Below are positions 9,414 to 20,842 of a DNA stretch of 64,000 nt, one piece after another (the first letter of the stretch is position 1; every line of letters begins with the position of its first letter). The DNA is from Escherichia phage vB_EcoM_G29, in the sequence record MK327940.1; one strand, written 5' to 3'. A program made the position numbers and the translations under genes. The notes below the pieces were generated by a model. That model was not told the origin of the DNA. It saw only the letters and a program-made list of their open reading frames with translations, and did not search any database.

Positions 9414-10039
9414 TACAATAGCTCAAAGAATTCTTTGAGTCCTCTTATTACATGAGCGTGAGTTTTTCCACACTCTGGACATTTAATTGGAACAGCCAAA
9501 TAAACAGTAGGCTTTAAAAGCATATCTTTTATAGCTACAATATCTGACTCTGTGATGATAGAATATAAATCTTCTAGTTCCTTTTCATTTAAGTCTTCAA
9601 CTGGAATGCTTTCCCCGTTAGCATGAATCGTTTCTATACATGATACTATCATGTGGGCTATATTTTTATCATCAAAAATTTTAGGGTATCGGAATTTAAT
9701 TTTAATGTCACCCAGTGTATACCAAAGGTCTTCTGGTGCATCTATTTGTGTATGTAATAGATTTATATGGGTTGGTATTTCAGTTCCGCAGGTGCACTTC
9801 CAGGAGTTTTCGTGATTAACTTCTCCAAGAGAATGCGCCCATAAATGAATCAACAATAGTTCTGATTCTTGGCGATTTAAATCTTTTGCATTTGTGCAGT
9901 CTTTGATTAGCTTTTTAACAATTACTTCTACAGAACCATTATTTTTGGCAGTAATAAGTTCTAGATATTCTTTAAGAGTAAATGCGCGACAGTTGATTAT
10001 TTTAGAACCAACTCTCACATCAAATTTGTATTCATACAT
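9413..10039 (-). CDS. 26: Baseplate hub protein gp26
   Basis: 208-aa ORF overlapping the gene 25 start by 1 nt; T4 gp26 length. Confidence 0.85.
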   Translation of the reverse strand: MYEYKFDVRVGSKIINCRAFTLKEYLELITAKNNGSVEVIVKKLIKDCTNAKDLNRQESELLLIHLWAHSLGEVNHENSWKCTCGTEIPTHINLLHTQIDAPEDLWYTLGDIKIKFRYPKIFDDKNIAHMIVSCIETIHANGESIPVEDLNEKELEDLYSIITESDIVAIKDMLLKPTVYLAVPIKCPECGKTHAHVIRGLKEFFELL

Positions 10040-10060
10040 ATTTAGCTCCTTTATTTATCA

Positions 10061-10072
10061 TATTTATAAATA
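10061..10072. promoter_or_regulatory. Back-to-back late promoters for divergent genes 26 and 51
   Basis: tatttataaata: TATAAATA read on the minus strand (10061-10068) and on the plus strand (10065-10072), sharing 4 bp. Confidence 0.65.
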
Positions 10073-10089
10073 GAATAAAAGGAGCATCT

Positions 10090-10839
10090 ATGGCAAACAT
10101 TATTCGTTGTAAATTACCAGATGGTGTTCATCGTTTTAAACCATTTACGGTAGAAGATTATCGAGATTTTTTGTTAGTTCGAAACGATATAGAGCATCGG
10201 TCACCACAAGAACAAAAAGAAATAATTACTGATTTAATTGATGATTATTTTGGAGACTATCCGAAGACTTGGCAACCATTTATATTTTTGCAGGTATTTG
10301 TAGGTTCAATAGGTAAAACTAAAGTACCAGTCACATTTGTATGTCCAAAATGTAAAAAAGAAAAGACAGTTCCATTTGAAATATATCAAAAAGAATTAAA
10401 GGAACCTATTTTTGATGTAGCTAATGTTAAAATTAAATTAAATTTTCCTTCTGAGTTTTATGAAAATAAAGCAAAGATGATTACTGAAAATATTCATTCT
10501 GTTCAAGTAGATGAAATGTGGTATGATTGGAAGGAAATTAGTGAATCGAGTCAAATAGAACTTGTTGACGCCATCGAGATAGAAACATTAGAAAAAATTC
10601 TCGATGCAATGAATCCTATTAATTTAACATTGCACATGTCGTGTTGTGATAAGTACATTAAAAAATACACTGATATAGTAGATGTGTTTAAGCTATTAGT
10701 TAATCCAGATGAGATATTTACTTTTTATCAAATTAATCACACGCTTGTAAAAAGTAATTATAGCTTAAATTCAATAATGAAAATGATTCCTGCCGAGCGC
10801 GGATTCGTATTAAAACTGATTGAGAAGGATAAACAATAA
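10090..10839 (+). CDS. 51: Baseplate hub assembly protein gp51
   Basis: 249-aa ORF; contains CPKCKK zinc-ribbon-like motif; T4 gp51 length and position. Confidence 0.85.
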   Translation: MANIIRCKLPDGVHRFKPFTVEDYRDFLLVRNDIEHRSPQEQKEIITDLIDDYFGDYPKTWQPFIFLQVFVGSIGKTKVPVTFVCPKCKKEKTVPFEIYQKELKEPIFDVANVKIKLNFPSEFYENKAKMITENIHSVQVDEMWYDWKEISESSQIELVDAIEIETLEKILDAMNPINLTLHMSCCDKYIKKYTDIVDVFKLLVNPDEIFTFYQINHTLVKSNYSLNSIMKMIPAERGFVLKLIEKDKQ

Positions 10840-12011
10840 TGAGTATGTTGCAACGCCCCGGATATCCAAATCTCAGCGTTAAATTATTTGAGAGTTATGA
10901 CGCTTGGAGTAATAATAGATTTGTTGAATTAGCTGCTACTATTACCACATTAACTATGCGGGATTCTCTTTATGGTCGAAATGAAGGAATGCTACAATTT
11001 TATGATTCTAAAAATATCCATACAAAAATGGATGGAAATGAAATAATTCAGATTTCTGTAGCTAATGCAAACGATATTAATAATGTTAAAACAAGAATTT
11101 ATGGATGTAAGCATTTTTCTGTATCTGTAGATTCAAAAGGTGATAACATCATTGCTATTGAATTGGGAACTATTCATTCTATAGAAAATCTTAAATTTGG
11201 TAGACCATTTTTCCCTGATGCAGGTGAATCTATAAAAGAAATGCTTGGTGTCATTTATCAAGACCGCACATTATTAACTCCAGCAATAAATGCTATAAAT
11301 GCTTATGTTCCTGATATTCCATGGACTAGCACATTTGAAAACTATTTGTCATATGTAAGAGAAGTTGCTCTAGCGGTAGGAAGCGATAAGTTCGTATTTG
11401 TATGGCAAGACATCATGGGAGTTAACATGATGGACTATGATATGATGATAAATCAAGAACCATATCCAATGATTGTAGGTGAGCCAACTTTAATAGGTCA
11501 ATTCGTCCAAGAATTGAAATATCCATTAGCATATGATTTTGTTTGGTTGACTAAATCAAACCCGCATAAACGTGATCCAATGAAAAATGCTACTATCTAT
11601 GCTCATTCATTTTTAGATTCTTCATTACCAATGATTACTACAGGAAAGGGTGAAAACTCTATTGTAGTGTCAAGGTCAGGTGCTTATTCTGAAATGACTT
11701 ATAGAAATGGATATGAAGAAGCTATTCGTCTTCAGACTATGGCGCAATATGACGGCTATGCTAAATGTTCTACTGTCGGTAATTTTAACTTGACTCCTGG
11801 CGTTAAAATTATTTTTAATGATAGTAAAAACCAATTTAAAACAGAATTTTACGTTGATGAAGTTATTCACGAATTATCAAATAATAATTCCGTAACTCAT
11901 CTATATATGTTCACTAATGCAACGAAACTGGAAACAATCGACCCAGTTAAGGTTAAAAATGAATTTAAAACTGATACTACCACTGAAGAAAGTAGTTCTT
12001 CCGATAAGTAA
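10839..12011 (+). CDS. 27: Baseplate hub protein gp27
   Basis: 390-aa ORF; ATGA overlap with the gene 51 stop. Confidence 0.9.
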   Translation: MSMLQRPGYPNLSVKLFESYDAWSNNRFVELAATITTLTMRDSLYGRNEGMLQFYDSKNIHTKMDGNEIIQISVANANDINNVKTRIYGCKHFSVSVDSKGDNIIAIELGTIHSIENLKFGRPFFPDAGESIKEMLGVIYQDRTLLTPAINAINAYVPDIPWTSTFENYLSYVREVALAVGSDKFVFVWQDIMGVNMMDYDMMINQEPYPMIVGEPTLIGQFVQELKYPLAYDFVWLTKSNPHKRDPMKNATIYAHSFLDSSLPMITTGKGENSIVVSRSGAYSEMTYRNGYEEAIRLQTMAQYDGYAKCSTVGNFNLTPGVKIIFNDSKNQFKTEFYVDEVIHELSNNNSVTHLYMFTNATKLETIDPVKVKNEFKTDTTTEESSSSDK

Positions 12012-12492
12012 TAAAGAAGTTTCTATTCCTAAGATGGGTCTTAAACATTATAACATTTTAAAAGATGTTAAAGGTCCTGATGAAAATTTAAAGCTTCTTA
12101 TTGATTCTATTTGTCCAAATTTATCACCGGCAGAAGTTGATTTCGTTTCTATTCATTTATTGGAATTTAATGGAAAGATTAAATCTCGTAAAGAAATAGA
12201 TGGCTATACTTATGACATTAATGATGTTTATGTATGCCAAAGATTAGAATTTCAATACCAAGGAAATACATTTTATTTTAGACCTCCTGGAAAATTTGAA
12301 CAATTTTTAACGGTGAGCGATATGTTATCTAAATGCTTGCTTAAGGTCAACGATGAAGTTAAAGAAATTAATTTTCTTGAGATGCCAGCATTCGTTTTAA
12401 AATGGGCAAATGATATTTTTACAACTTTAGCAATTCCTGGCCCTAATGGTCCAATAACTGGAATTGGCAATATTATTGGATTATTTGAATGA
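11959..12492 (+). CDS. 28: Baseplate hub distal protein gp28
   Basis: 177 aa from the ATG at 11959 (track ORF starts at an upstream non-ATG codon); overlaps the gene 27 3' end out of frame. Confidence 0.8.
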   Translation: MNLKLILPLKKVVLPISNKEVSIPKMGLKHYNILKDVKGPDENLKLLIDSICPNLSPAEVDFVSIHLLEFNGKIKSRKEIDGYTYDINDVYVCQRLEFQYQGNTFYFRPPGKFEQFLTVSDMLSKCLLKVNDEVKEINFLEMPAFVLKWANDIFTTLAIPGPNGPITGIGNIIGLFE

Positions 12493-14261
12493 AAAAGCCA
12501 CAAGAAATGCAAACGATGCGTAGAAAAGTTATTTCAGATAATAAACCAACACAGGAAGCGGCTAAATCCGCTTCCAATACTTTATCTGGACTTAATGACA
12601 TTTCTACAAAATTGGATGATGCTCAAGCTGCTTCTGAATTAATAGCTCAAACCGTTGAAGAAAAATCGAATGAAATAATTGGAGCAATTGACAATGTAGA
12701 AAGCGCAGTGAGTGATACTACTGCTGGTTCTGAGTTAATTGCTGAAACTGTCGAAATTGGCAATAATATTAATAAAGAAATCGGTGAATCGCTCGGAAGT
12801 AAATTAGATAAATTAACGAGTTTACTCGAGCAAAAAATCCAGACAGCCGGAATTCAACAAACAGGAACTAGTTTAGCTACGGTTGAAAGCGCTATTCCTG
12901 TTAAAGTTGTTGAGGACGATACAGCTGAATCCGTGGGTCCTTTATTACCAGCTCCTGAAGCAGTTAATAATGATCCTGACGCTGATTTTTTCCCTGCCCC
13001 TCAACCAGTTGAACCTAAGCGAGAGTCACCGGAAGAAAAACAGAAAAAAGAAGCATTTAATTTAAAATTATCTCAAGCTTTAGATAAATTAACAAAGACT
13101 GTTGATTTTGGATTTAAAAAATCCATTTCAATTACTGATAAAATATCAAGCATGCTATTTAAGTATACTGTCAGTGCTGCTATTGAAGCTGCTAAAATGG
13201 TTGCATTAATAATGGCTGTTGTTATTGGAATAGACCTACTGATGGTTCATTTTAAATATTGGTCAGATAAATTTTCAAAAGCCTGGGATTTGTTTAGCAC
13301 TGATTTTAAAACTTTTTCAAGCGAAACCGGAACTTGGGGTCCTTTATTACAGAGCATCTTTGAATCTATTGATGAAATTAAAAAGTTCTGGGAAGCGGGA
13401 GATTGGGGCGGTTTGACGGTAGCTATTGTAGAAGGGCTTGGAAAGGTTCTTTATAATTTAGGAGAACTTATTCAGCTTGGAATGGCTAAATTATCAGCAG
13501 CAATTCTTCGAGTTATTCCTGGTATGAAAGATACTGCTGACGAAGTAGAAGGAAGAGCACTGGAAAATTTCCAAAATTCTACTGGAGCATCTCTCAATAA
13601 AGAAGACCAGGAAAAAGTTGCGAATTATCAAGATAAACGAATGAATGGAGACCTTGGTCCGATAGCAGAAGGACTAGACAAAATTGCGAACTGGAAAACT
13701 CGTGCATCTAACTGGATTCGTGGTGTTGATAATAAAGAAGCATTGACAACTGATGAAGAACGCGCAGCAGAAGAAGAAAAATTAAAGCAGCTTTCACCAG
13801 AAGAAAGAAAAAATGCTTTAATGAAGGCTAATGAAGCCCGTGCCGCGATGATTCGTTTTGAAAAATATGCTGATTCAGCTGATATGAGTAAAGACTCAAC
13901 GGTTAAATCAGTTGAAGCTGCCTATGAAGACCTTAAAAAACGAATGGATGACCCGGATTTAAATAATTCACCGGCAGTTAAAAAAGAACTTGCTGCTAGA
14001 TTTTCTAAAATTGATGCTACTTATCAAGAGCTCAAGAAAAATCAGCCTAATGCCAAACCTCAAACTTCTGCTAAATCGCCAGAAGCAAAACAAGTCCAGG
14101 TAATAGAAAAGAACAAAGCACAGCAAGCTCCTATTCAACAAGCATCTCCTTCAATCAATAATACTAATAATGTTATTAAGAAAAATACTGTCGTTCATAA
14201 TATGACACCCGTAACGAGCACGACTGCTCCTGGTGTATTTGATGCGACTGGAGTTAATTAA
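12489..14261 (+). CDS. 29: gp29 baseplate hub / tail length determinator
   Basis: 590-aa ORF, T4 gp29 length; ATGA overlap with gene 28. Confidence 0.9.
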   Translation: MKKPQEMQTMRRKVISDNKPTQEAAKSASNTLSGLNDISTKLDDAQAASELIAQTVEEKSNEIIGAIDNVESAVSDTTAGSELIAETVEIGNNINKEIGESLGSKLDKLTSLLEQKIQTAGIQQTGTSLATVESAIPVKVVEDDTAESVGPLLPAPEAVNNDPDADFFPAPQPVEPKRESPEEKQKKEAFNLKLSQALDKLTKTVDFGFKKSISITDKISSMLFKYTVSAAIEAAKMVALIMAVVIGIDLLMVHFKYWSDKFSKAWDLFSTDFKTFSSETGTWGPLLQSIFESIDEIKKFWEAGDWGGLTVAIVEGLGKVLYNLGELIQLGMAKLSAAILRVIPGMKDTADEVEGRALENFQNSTGASLNKEDQEKVANYQDKRMNGDLGPIAEGLDKIANWKTRASNWIRGVDNKEALTTDEERAAEEEKLKQLSPEERKNALMKANEARAAMIRFEKYADSADMSKDSTVKSVEAAYEDLKKRMDDPDLNNSPAVKKELAARFSKIDATYQELKKNQPNAKPQTSAKSPEAKQVQVIEKNKAQQAPIQQASPSINNTNNVIKKNTVVHNMTPVTSTTAPGVFDATGVN

Positions 14262-14269
14262 GGAATAAT

Positions 14270-15364
14270 ATGGCAATTGTTAAAGAAATAACTGCTGATT
14301 TAATTAAAAAGTCCGGTGAGAAAATTTCAGCCGGACAGAGTACTAAATCAGAAGTAGCAACTAAAACATACACTGCCCAGTTTCCAACTGGGCGTGCTAG
14401 TGGTAATGACACTACAGGGGACTTCCAGGTAACAGATCTATATAAGAATGGATTATTATTTACTGCATACAATATGTCATCTAGGGATTCTGGAAGTCTT
14501 AGAACGATGAGATCTAACTACTCTTCTTCATCTTCGAGTATTTTACGTACAGCCAGAAACACTATCAGTAATACAGTATCAAAACTATCAAATGGACTAA
14601 TATCAGATAATAATTCAGGAACAATAAGTAAAGTTCCTGTTGCAAATATTCTTTTACCTAGATCTAAATCTGACGTCGATACGTCATCACATAGATTTAA
14701 TGATGTTCAAGATAGTCTTATTACAAAAGGTGGAGGTACTGCTACTGGTGTGCTAAGCAATATGGCTTCAACCGCAGTATTTGGAGCGCTGGAAAGTATA
14801 ACACAAGGTATAATGGCTGATAATAATGAACAGATTTATACGACAGCCAGAAGCATGTACGGCGGTGCTGAAAATAGAACTAAAGTGTTCACTTGGGATT
14901 TGACTCCGCGCTCAACAGAAGATTTAATGGCTATTATTAATATCTATCAGTATTTTAACTATTTTTCTTACGGTGAAACTGGTAAATCTCAATATGCTGC
15001 TGAAATAAAAGGATATCTAGATGAGTGGTACCGTTCTACTTTTATTGAGCCGTTAACTCCAGAAGATGCAGTTAAAAATAAGACGTTATTTGAGAAAATG
15101 ACATCGAGTTTAACTAACGTTCTTGTAGTTTCAAACCCGACAATTTGGATGGTGAAAAACTTTGGTGCAACATCTAAGTTTGATGGAAAAACGGAAATAT
15201 TCGGTCCATGTCAAATCCAGAGTATCAGATTTGATAAAACACCTAATGGTAACTTTAACGGATTAGCTATTGCTCCAAATCTCCCTAGTACATTTACTCT
15301 CGAGATTACTATGAGAGAAATTATCACGTTAAACCGTGCTTCTTTATATGCGGGGACTTTTTAA
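14270..15364 (+). CDS. 48: gp48 baseplate tail-tube cap
   Basis: 364-aa ORF, T4 gp48 size and position. Confidence 0.85.
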   Translation: MAIVKEITADLIKKSGEKISAGQSTKSEVATKTYTAQFPTGRASGNDTTGDFQVTDLYKNGLLFTAYNMSSRDSGSLRTMRSNYSSSSSSILRTARNTISNTVSKLSNGLISDNNSGTISKVPVANILLPRSKSDVDTSSHRFNDVQDSLITKGGGTATGVLSNMASTAVFGALESITQGIMADNNEQIYTTARSMYGGAENRTKVFTWDLTPRSTEDLMAIINIYQYFNYFSYGETGKSQYAAEIKGYLDEWYRSTFIEPLTPEDAVKNKTLFEKMTSSLTNVLVVSNPTIWMVKNFGATSKFDGKTEIFGPCQIQSIRFDKTPNGNFNGLAIAPNLPSTFTLEITMREIITLNRASLYAGTF

Positions 15365-16329
15365 TGTATTCTTTAGAGGAATTTAATAATCAAGCAATAA
15401 ACGCAGATTTCCAACGTAATAATATGTTCAGCTGTGTTTTTGCTACAACTCCATCAACTAAAAGCTCTTCGTTGATAAGTTCAATTAGCAACTTTTCTTA
15501 TAATAACTTGGGCCTAAATTCAGATTGGTTAGGATTAACTCAAGGCGATATTAATCAGGGAATTACTACGCTAATTACAGCTGGCACACAAAAACTGATA
15601 AGAAAATCAGGGGTTAGTAAATATCTTATTGGTGCCATGAGTCAACGTACAGTTCAAAGTTTATTAGGCTCATTTACAGTTGGTACATATTTAATTGACT
15701 TCTTTAACATGGCATATAACTCATCTGGATTGATGATATACTCTGTAAAAATGCCAGAGAATAGATTATCCTATGAAACTGACTGGAACTATAATTCTCC
15801 TAATATTCGTATAACTGGGAGAGAATTAGACCCTTTGGTTATTTCATTCAGAATGGATTCAGAAGCTTGTAACTATCGTGCAATGCAAGACTGGGTTAAC
15901 GCTGTTCAAGACCCAGTAACTGGATTGCGTGCTTTGCCGCAAGATGTCGAGGCTGATATTCAGGTTAATCTTCATTCTCGCAATGGATTACCACATACTG
16001 CGGTGATGTTCACTGGATGCATTCCAGTGTCCGTAAGCGCTCCTGAGTTATCATATGATGGAGATAACCAAATAACTACATTTGATGTTACTTTTGCGTA
16101 TAGAGTCATGCAGGCTGGAGCAGTTGATAGACAAGCTGCGCTTGAATGGCTTGAATCTGCTGCTATAAATGGTATTCAAAGCGTTCTCGGAAATAGTGGA
16201 GGTGTCACTGGACTATCTAATTCGCTTTCACGACTTAGTAGATTAGGGGGAACTGCAGGAAGCATTTCAAATATTAACACTATGACAGGAATTGTCAATT
16301 CGCAAAGTAAAATATTAGGAGCAATATAA
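15364..16329 (+). CDS. 54: gp54 baseplate tail-tube initiator
   Basis: 321-aa ORF, ATGA-overlapped with gene 48; terminator follows. Confidence 0.85.
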   Translation: MYSLEEFNNQAINADFQRNNMFSCVFATTPSTKSSSLISSISNFSYNNLGLNSDWLGLTQGDINQGITTLITAGTQKLIRKSGVSKYLIGAMSQRTVQSLLGSFTVGTYLIDFFNMAYNSSGLMIYSVKMPENRLSYETDWNYNSPNIRITGRELDPLVISFRMDSEACNYRAMQDWVNAVQDPVTGLRALPQDVEADIQVNLHSRNGLPHTAVMFTGCIPVSVSAPELSYDGDNQITTFDVTFAYRVMQAGAVDRQAALEWLESAAINGIQSVLGNSGGVTGLSNSLSRLSRLGGTAGSISNINTMTGIVNSQSKILGAI

Positions 16330-16333
16330 CAAT

Positions 16334-16363
16334 GGGGACCTTTCGGTCCCCATATTTTTATTT
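16334..16363. terminator. Bidirectional terminator between gene 54 (+) and the alt block (-)
   Basis: GGGGACC-UUUC-GGUCCCC hairpin followed by atatttttattt. Confidence 0.7.
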
Positions 16364-16648
16364 ACGGAATGAAATGAAAGCAGCAACTGAAGCAACTAAA
16401 CTGTCTTCAATATAAACTTCAATTTTTACCGGAGCTTCTGACTCAAATTTACCTGTTACTACACCCTGAAAAATACTTTCAGTCTGTTCTGGCTTTGAAA
16501 AATTTTCAGAAGGAAAAATTCCGAACTTTTTATCTGTTCCAAAAATTTTGATAAATTCATCGTAAACTGCTTCATTAAAAGCATTATCAGCAGGAATAAC
16601 GCCTTCAACTACAAGTTCTTGACCTAAAAAGCGCAAAGAAGATTTCAT
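16358..16648 (-). CDS. Hypothetical protein (position of T4 alt.-3)
   Basis: 96-aa ORF with SD GAGGA; preceded by an early promoter. Confidence 0.6.
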   Translation of the reverse strand: MKSSLRFLGQELVVEGVIPADNAFNEAVYDEFIKIFGTDKKFGIFPSENFSKPEQTESIFQGVVTGKFESEAPVKIEVYIEDSLVASVAAFISFRK

Positions 16649-16678
16649 TTTGTGTTCCTCATGTTATGTCAGTAAGAC

Positions 16679-16709
16679 TACTATAACACAACACGAGGGA
16701 CTTGTAAAC
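16679..16709 (-). promoter_or_regulatory. T4-type early promoter (GTTTAC -35, TATAGT -10)
   Basis: Minus strand GTTTAC-18 nt-TATAGT; part of a 53-bp unit repeated at 32581-32633. Confidence 0.6.
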
Positions 16710-18766
16710 TACATCTTGAACTTTTTAGACATTCCGTTGATGTTAACCAAAGAAGCTAAGATTTGAGAAACTTCGTTTTCCTCTTCTTTTGATTCTTCTA
16801 CAAGGAATTGATTAAATCCAGCCATTGGACGAACTTCACCAGTTTCCATTAGATGGTCGCCATCATATACTGATTCTTCTAATTGTTCAGAAGGAGGAAC
16901 GATTGTACCTTCGATTAGATACTTGTTATAAGCAGTTTCTTTCATAAAGTAAGTACTTACTTTATTAATCTTCAGTAAAATTCCACGTGGTAGAATAACT
17001 TCAGCTTCTGACGGAAATCCTGATAAATGACCCGGAACGATAACTTTGATTCGCTCAGCTCCTTTAATTACCATACCCACGCTAGTTTCAGCATCTTCAT
17101 TAGCATATGTAGAATGACTACCCATATGCATCAAATCTTCTGCATCAACGGAACCTTCTCCTTCACCAGAAAATACTGCGCCGGAATCATCTAGAGCCAT
17201 ATAGTTTTTACCATGCTCACCGAAGATATTTGGTTTAAGCGATGTGGATACGAAGTTCTTGAAATAGAACATTTTATTTTCAATGTTATGACGCAAAGTT
17301 TTAAAGGTAACTTCTTGTCCACGGTAAAGTGTAGTTCCTGGAGGAAGAACTGAACCTTTAGCGAATGCAGAATCAAGCGTCTCAATATGTTTAATAGCTC
17401 GTTCCATATATTCTTCACGGGTAGAATCTGGTTTACCCAAAAGGAACGAGTTCATTTCAACATATGAATCTGCACAATAATCTTCAATTACATCAGATTC
17501 AGCTTGAGTTAATCCTTTTGGAGTTACTTCAGTGCTTGCGTATTCATATGCCTGAGCAGCAGATTCATTAATCAATTTATAAATGCCATTCATGACAAAT
17601 TGAATAATAGCTGTCTTTTCATCTGGCGTAGCTTTAGAACCTTTAACCAAATCATTGATAATTTTCTTAATAACATCAAAGCTATTAGAAATATTAATAT
17701 CAGCAAGATCGCTTAAAATTTTATCAGTCTTATAATCAAAGAATTCTTTATTCTTTAAATATTCTTGAGAACCTTGATATGTTATATCGCTCTGTAACTT
17801 GATAGATGGATCACGTAAACGTGCATGGGCTAATGCAATATGATTTCGGAAGCTTTCGAGTTCATAATCACTAGATTTAAAACGAGAAGCGCTTCTCATA
17901 CCGCCTATAGCTCCTTTGCTGAAGTTTGAACCAATTTGAATAACGCCAGAGTTCATTGGTCCTTCTGCTTTATACACCGGAACTTTAGATTCAAACTCTT
18001 GATATTTCTTAGCAGCGAAGCTATCACCCTGAAGTGAAGCATCAACAGTAGAATATTGAGCTTGTGCTGCTAATCGACGACTAATTTTAGTTTTCTGAAT
18101 AACAGCTTGGTCCGTGCGCTTATCATTTTCTAAAGCAATAGAAGCAGCAACAGCAACAGCTTTAGGAACAGCATTACCTGTTTTAACATCTACATAAACA
18201 TCACCAACCTTTGATTCAACTTTTGTGAATAACTCAGTTGAAATAGGAGGTACACCTGGAATGTCTTCTAAATTGGCATTTTTACGATAAACCATAATAT
18301 ATGCGTACTTTTTATCATAATCCCAGATTTCCTTTAAAAGAACATATCGACCTGCTCCTTTAGTACGTACTAAACGGTCAGCAATAACTTGCATTTGACG
18401 AGCAGCGCCATTTGTTTTACTCTTTAGTACGCGGAATAAGCATGCATCAATTTTATACTGTTTCATTGTTTGAAGAGCAGTATCAAAAACAGCGTTAATG
18501 ACGCCAATTGGATTTCCACCCAAGTTTCTAAGTTTAACCAGTGATAATTTCTCGTTGACACCTATCATTACGATATGCATCATTTTATCGCCCGGCTTAA
18601 CGTTTTTATTTGTATCACCTCCAGAGGTGTATGTACAAAATCTAAATCCAGGAAGCACGCTTTCTTCGCCGGCTTGAATAGCAAAAATTTGAGGTATTTT
18701 ATGCTTAGGATTTAAGTTAACAACCGGCGCCGAAGCGCCGTCAAATAATTCTGTAATAAGTTCCAT
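16709..18766 (-). CDS. Alt-like ADP-ribosyltransferase, second full-length paralog
   Basis: 685-aa ORF; N-terminus MELITELFD and ART motifs (YRGQ, VSTSL, EAEVILPRG) parallel to the adjacent alt; about 50-65% identity by eye. Confidence 0.8.
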   Translation of the reverse strand: MELITELFDGASAPVVNLNPKHKIPQIFAIQAGEESVLPGFRFCTYTSGGDTNKNVKPGDKMMHIVMIGVNEKLSLVKLRNLGGNPIGVINAVFDTALQTMKQYKIDACLFRVLKSKTNGAARQMQVIADRLVRTKGAGRYVLLKEIWDYDKKYAYIMVYRKNANLEDIPGVPPISTELFTKVESKVGDVYVDVKTGNAVPKAVAVAASIALENDKRTDQAVIQKTKISRRLAAQAQYSTVDASLQGDSFAAKKYQEFESKVPVYKAEGPMNSGVIQIGSNFSKGAIGGMRSASRFKSSDYELESFRNHIALAHARLRDPSIKLQSDITYQGSQEYLKNKEFFDYKTDKILSDLADINISNSFDVIKKIINDLVKGSKATPDEKTAIIQFVMNGIYKLINESAAQAYEYASTEVTPKGLTQAESDVIEDYCADSYVEMNSFLLGKPDSTREEYMERAIKHIETLDSAFAKGSVLPPGTTLYRGQEVTFKTLRHNIENKMFYFKNFVSTSLKPNIFGEHGKNYMALDDSGAVFSGEGEGSVDAEDLMHMGSHSTYANEDAETSVGMVIKGAERIKVIVPGHLSGFPSEAEVILPRGILLKINKVSTYFMKETAYNKYLIEGTIVPPSEQLEESVYDGDHLMETGEVRPMAGFNQFLVEESKEEENEVSQILASLVNINGMSKKFKM

Positions 18767-18769
18767 GAT

Positions 18770-20821
18770 TTATCCTTGAACGAACTTGTAAGGCATGTTT
18801 GTAATATCTATGCAAGACGCAATAATTCCAAGAGATGATTCTACTTTCTGTTTAACATTTGATGAAACAAATGATGCAAAGTCAACTCTATCTTCTATAT
18901 CACCTGTCATTGTAACTACTTCGCCGGTTTCCATTAAACGGTCACCGTCATAAATTACTGATTCGGTGAGTTCTTCGGTGGTCATAACTTCAGCTTGAAT
19001 AAGCTTGTTGTTAGTTTTGACTGTTCCATCATTGTAAGATGCATCAGTTATTTTATTAACTTTGACCATTAATCCACGTGGCAAAATGACTTCCATTTCA
19101 TTTGAAGGCGCTAAACTTCCACCGGGTAAAACAACATTGACTTTATCAGCCCCAGTAATAACCCATCCAATTCCGACTAAATTATCGCTAGAATTAACAA
19201 GCCCTTCATCATTTTTATCGATAGAAATGTTTAGACGCTTTTCATCTGGTAAAACACCAACAGCTGAATCAGTCATCCAAGTACCAAAAATGTTTGGATA
19301 TAATGATGTTGATACAAAATTTCTAAAATAAAAAACTCGATTTTTTACCATTGCTTCGTATATTGAAGGTAACATTCGTTGTGAACGATACAAAGTAATA
19401 CCTTTTGGTAATCGTTCACCATTTTTAAAGGCTGAATCTAAATTATCAATAGCTTTTTCTATGTCAGATGCTGTCAAAATACTTGTACGCTCATCTGGAT
19501 TATATAATCCCAAAAGAGCATTATTTATGTCTACATATCCTGAACCTACGTATTCACGAATTCCGCGTTTTTGTGCTGGTGTGTATTTAGATGAATCTTT
19601 ATTTTCGACTATAGGATGTAATGACCATCCAGCTGTAAGAGCATATCCACGTAATTCTCTTCGAATAATCTTTGTTTTTATTGCATTCCAAGAATTTTGT
19701 ACTAACTCATTTGCAGCATCTTGGTTTAAATGCGAATGTTTGTTAATATTTCTTTCAAACCAAGCACCTTTATATTTTTCTAAAGTATTATCGACGATAG
19801 AAGCAATAGTTTCTAAAGTTTTTATTGAAGTAATAGATTCTTTTCGTAATTTTTCTAAAGCTTTATTTTTTATTTCTGCATTAATAATGGATTCTTTATC
19901 TTCAGGAATTATAGAAGCTTCTCTGAATGCCATCCCAGCTGTAACACTGCTAAGAGCATTCTCTAGTGCAAATCCTGAAGTAGAAATTACCGTTAATTCA
20001 TTAGAATCAGAAATTAAAGGCGCATCAGCGGGTTTATTTAATTCTGCTGCTGAAGCCTCAAATTTTTGAAACATCGGTGTTTCAAATCTAGAAGATTCCA
20101 ATGACTGACTTTGTGCAATTGCTCTACGGGAAATTTTAACTTTAACGATTACAGCTTGGTCAGAACGTTTATCATTTTCTTGTGCAATAGATGCTGCAAT
20201 TGCCTCATTTTTGGTTACTTGAGCTCCGGTATCTTTATTGATATAAACATCACCGACCTTCGATTCAACTTTAGTAAAGAGCTCGGTACTAATTTCCGGA
20301 ACTCCTGGAATGTCTTCTAGTGATACATTTTTGCGATGTATAAGAATATATGCATACTTTTTATCATAATCCCAGAGTTCCTTAAGAAGGACGTATCTGC
20401 CACCTGAACGACTACGGATAAGTCTATCAGCAATAACTTGAATTTGTCGAGCTTGATCAGCGGTTTTAGACTTAAGAATACGAAGCATACAAGCATCAAT
20501 TTTATACTGACGCATTGTTTGCATTGCAACAGTAAAAACTGAATTGATATAATTAATTGGGCTTGGACCAAGACCTTTTAATTTAGCAATTGAACCTTTA
20601 GCGGTTAATGTAAAAGGAACAATATGCATCATTTTATCGCCCATTTTTAAATCGCGATTAGTATCACCTCCAGATGTATAGGTACATAAACGAAAGCCTG
20701 GTTGTTCAATTGCATCATCAACATGAACTGAAAAAATTTGCGGTATTTTCTTCTTTGGATTTAAGTTTGTAATCGGAAGAGTAGTATCTTCGTCAAATAA
20801 TTCTGTAATAAGTTCCATCAT
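18770..20821 (-). CDS. alt: Alt ADP-ribosyltransferase (packaged internal head protein)
   Basis: 683-aa ORF with R-S-E ART motifs (LYRSQ, VSTSL, EMEVILPRG); late promoter immediately upstream. Confidence 0.85.
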   Translation of the reverse strand: MMELITELFDEDTTLPITNLNPKKKIPQIFSVHVDDAIEQPGFRLCTYTSGGDTNRDLKMGDKMMHIVPFTLTAKGSIAKLKGLGPSPINYINSVFTVAMQTMRQYKIDACMLRILKSKTADQARQIQVIADRLIRSRSGGRYVLLKELWDYDKKYAYILIHRKNVSLEDIPGVPEISTELFTKVESKVGDVYINKDTGAQVTKNEAIAASIAQENDKRSDQAVIVKVKISRRAIAQSQSLESSRFETPMFQKFEASAAELNKPADAPLISDSNELTVISTSGFALENALSSVTAGMAFREASIIPEDKESIINAEIKNKALEKLRKESITSIKTLETIASIVDNTLEKYKGAWFERNINKHSHLNQDAANELVQNSWNAIKTKIIRRELRGYALTAGWSLHPIVENKDSSKYTPAQKRGIREYVGSGYVDINNALLGLYNPDERTSILTASDIEKAIDNLDSAFKNGERLPKGITLYRSQRMLPSIYEAMVKNRVFYFRNFVSTSLYPNIFGTWMTDSAVGVLPDEKRLNISIDKNDEGLVNSSDNLVGIGWVITGADKVNVVLPGGSLAPSNEMEVILPRGLMVKVNKITDASYNDGTVKTNNKLIQAEVMTTEELTESVIYDGDRLMETGEVVTMTGDIEDRVDFASFVSSNVKQKVESSLGIIASCIDITNMPYKFVQG

Positions 20822-20842
20822 AGCCTCTCTAGTGTTTATTCT

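Noticed and set aside
19461-20069. 202-aa plus-strand ORF antisense to alt (also 19062..19331, 20111..20320)
   Set aside because: Lies wholly inside the well-supported alt gene on the opposite strand, with no promoter or RBS and low-complexity composition; most likely a chance open frame.
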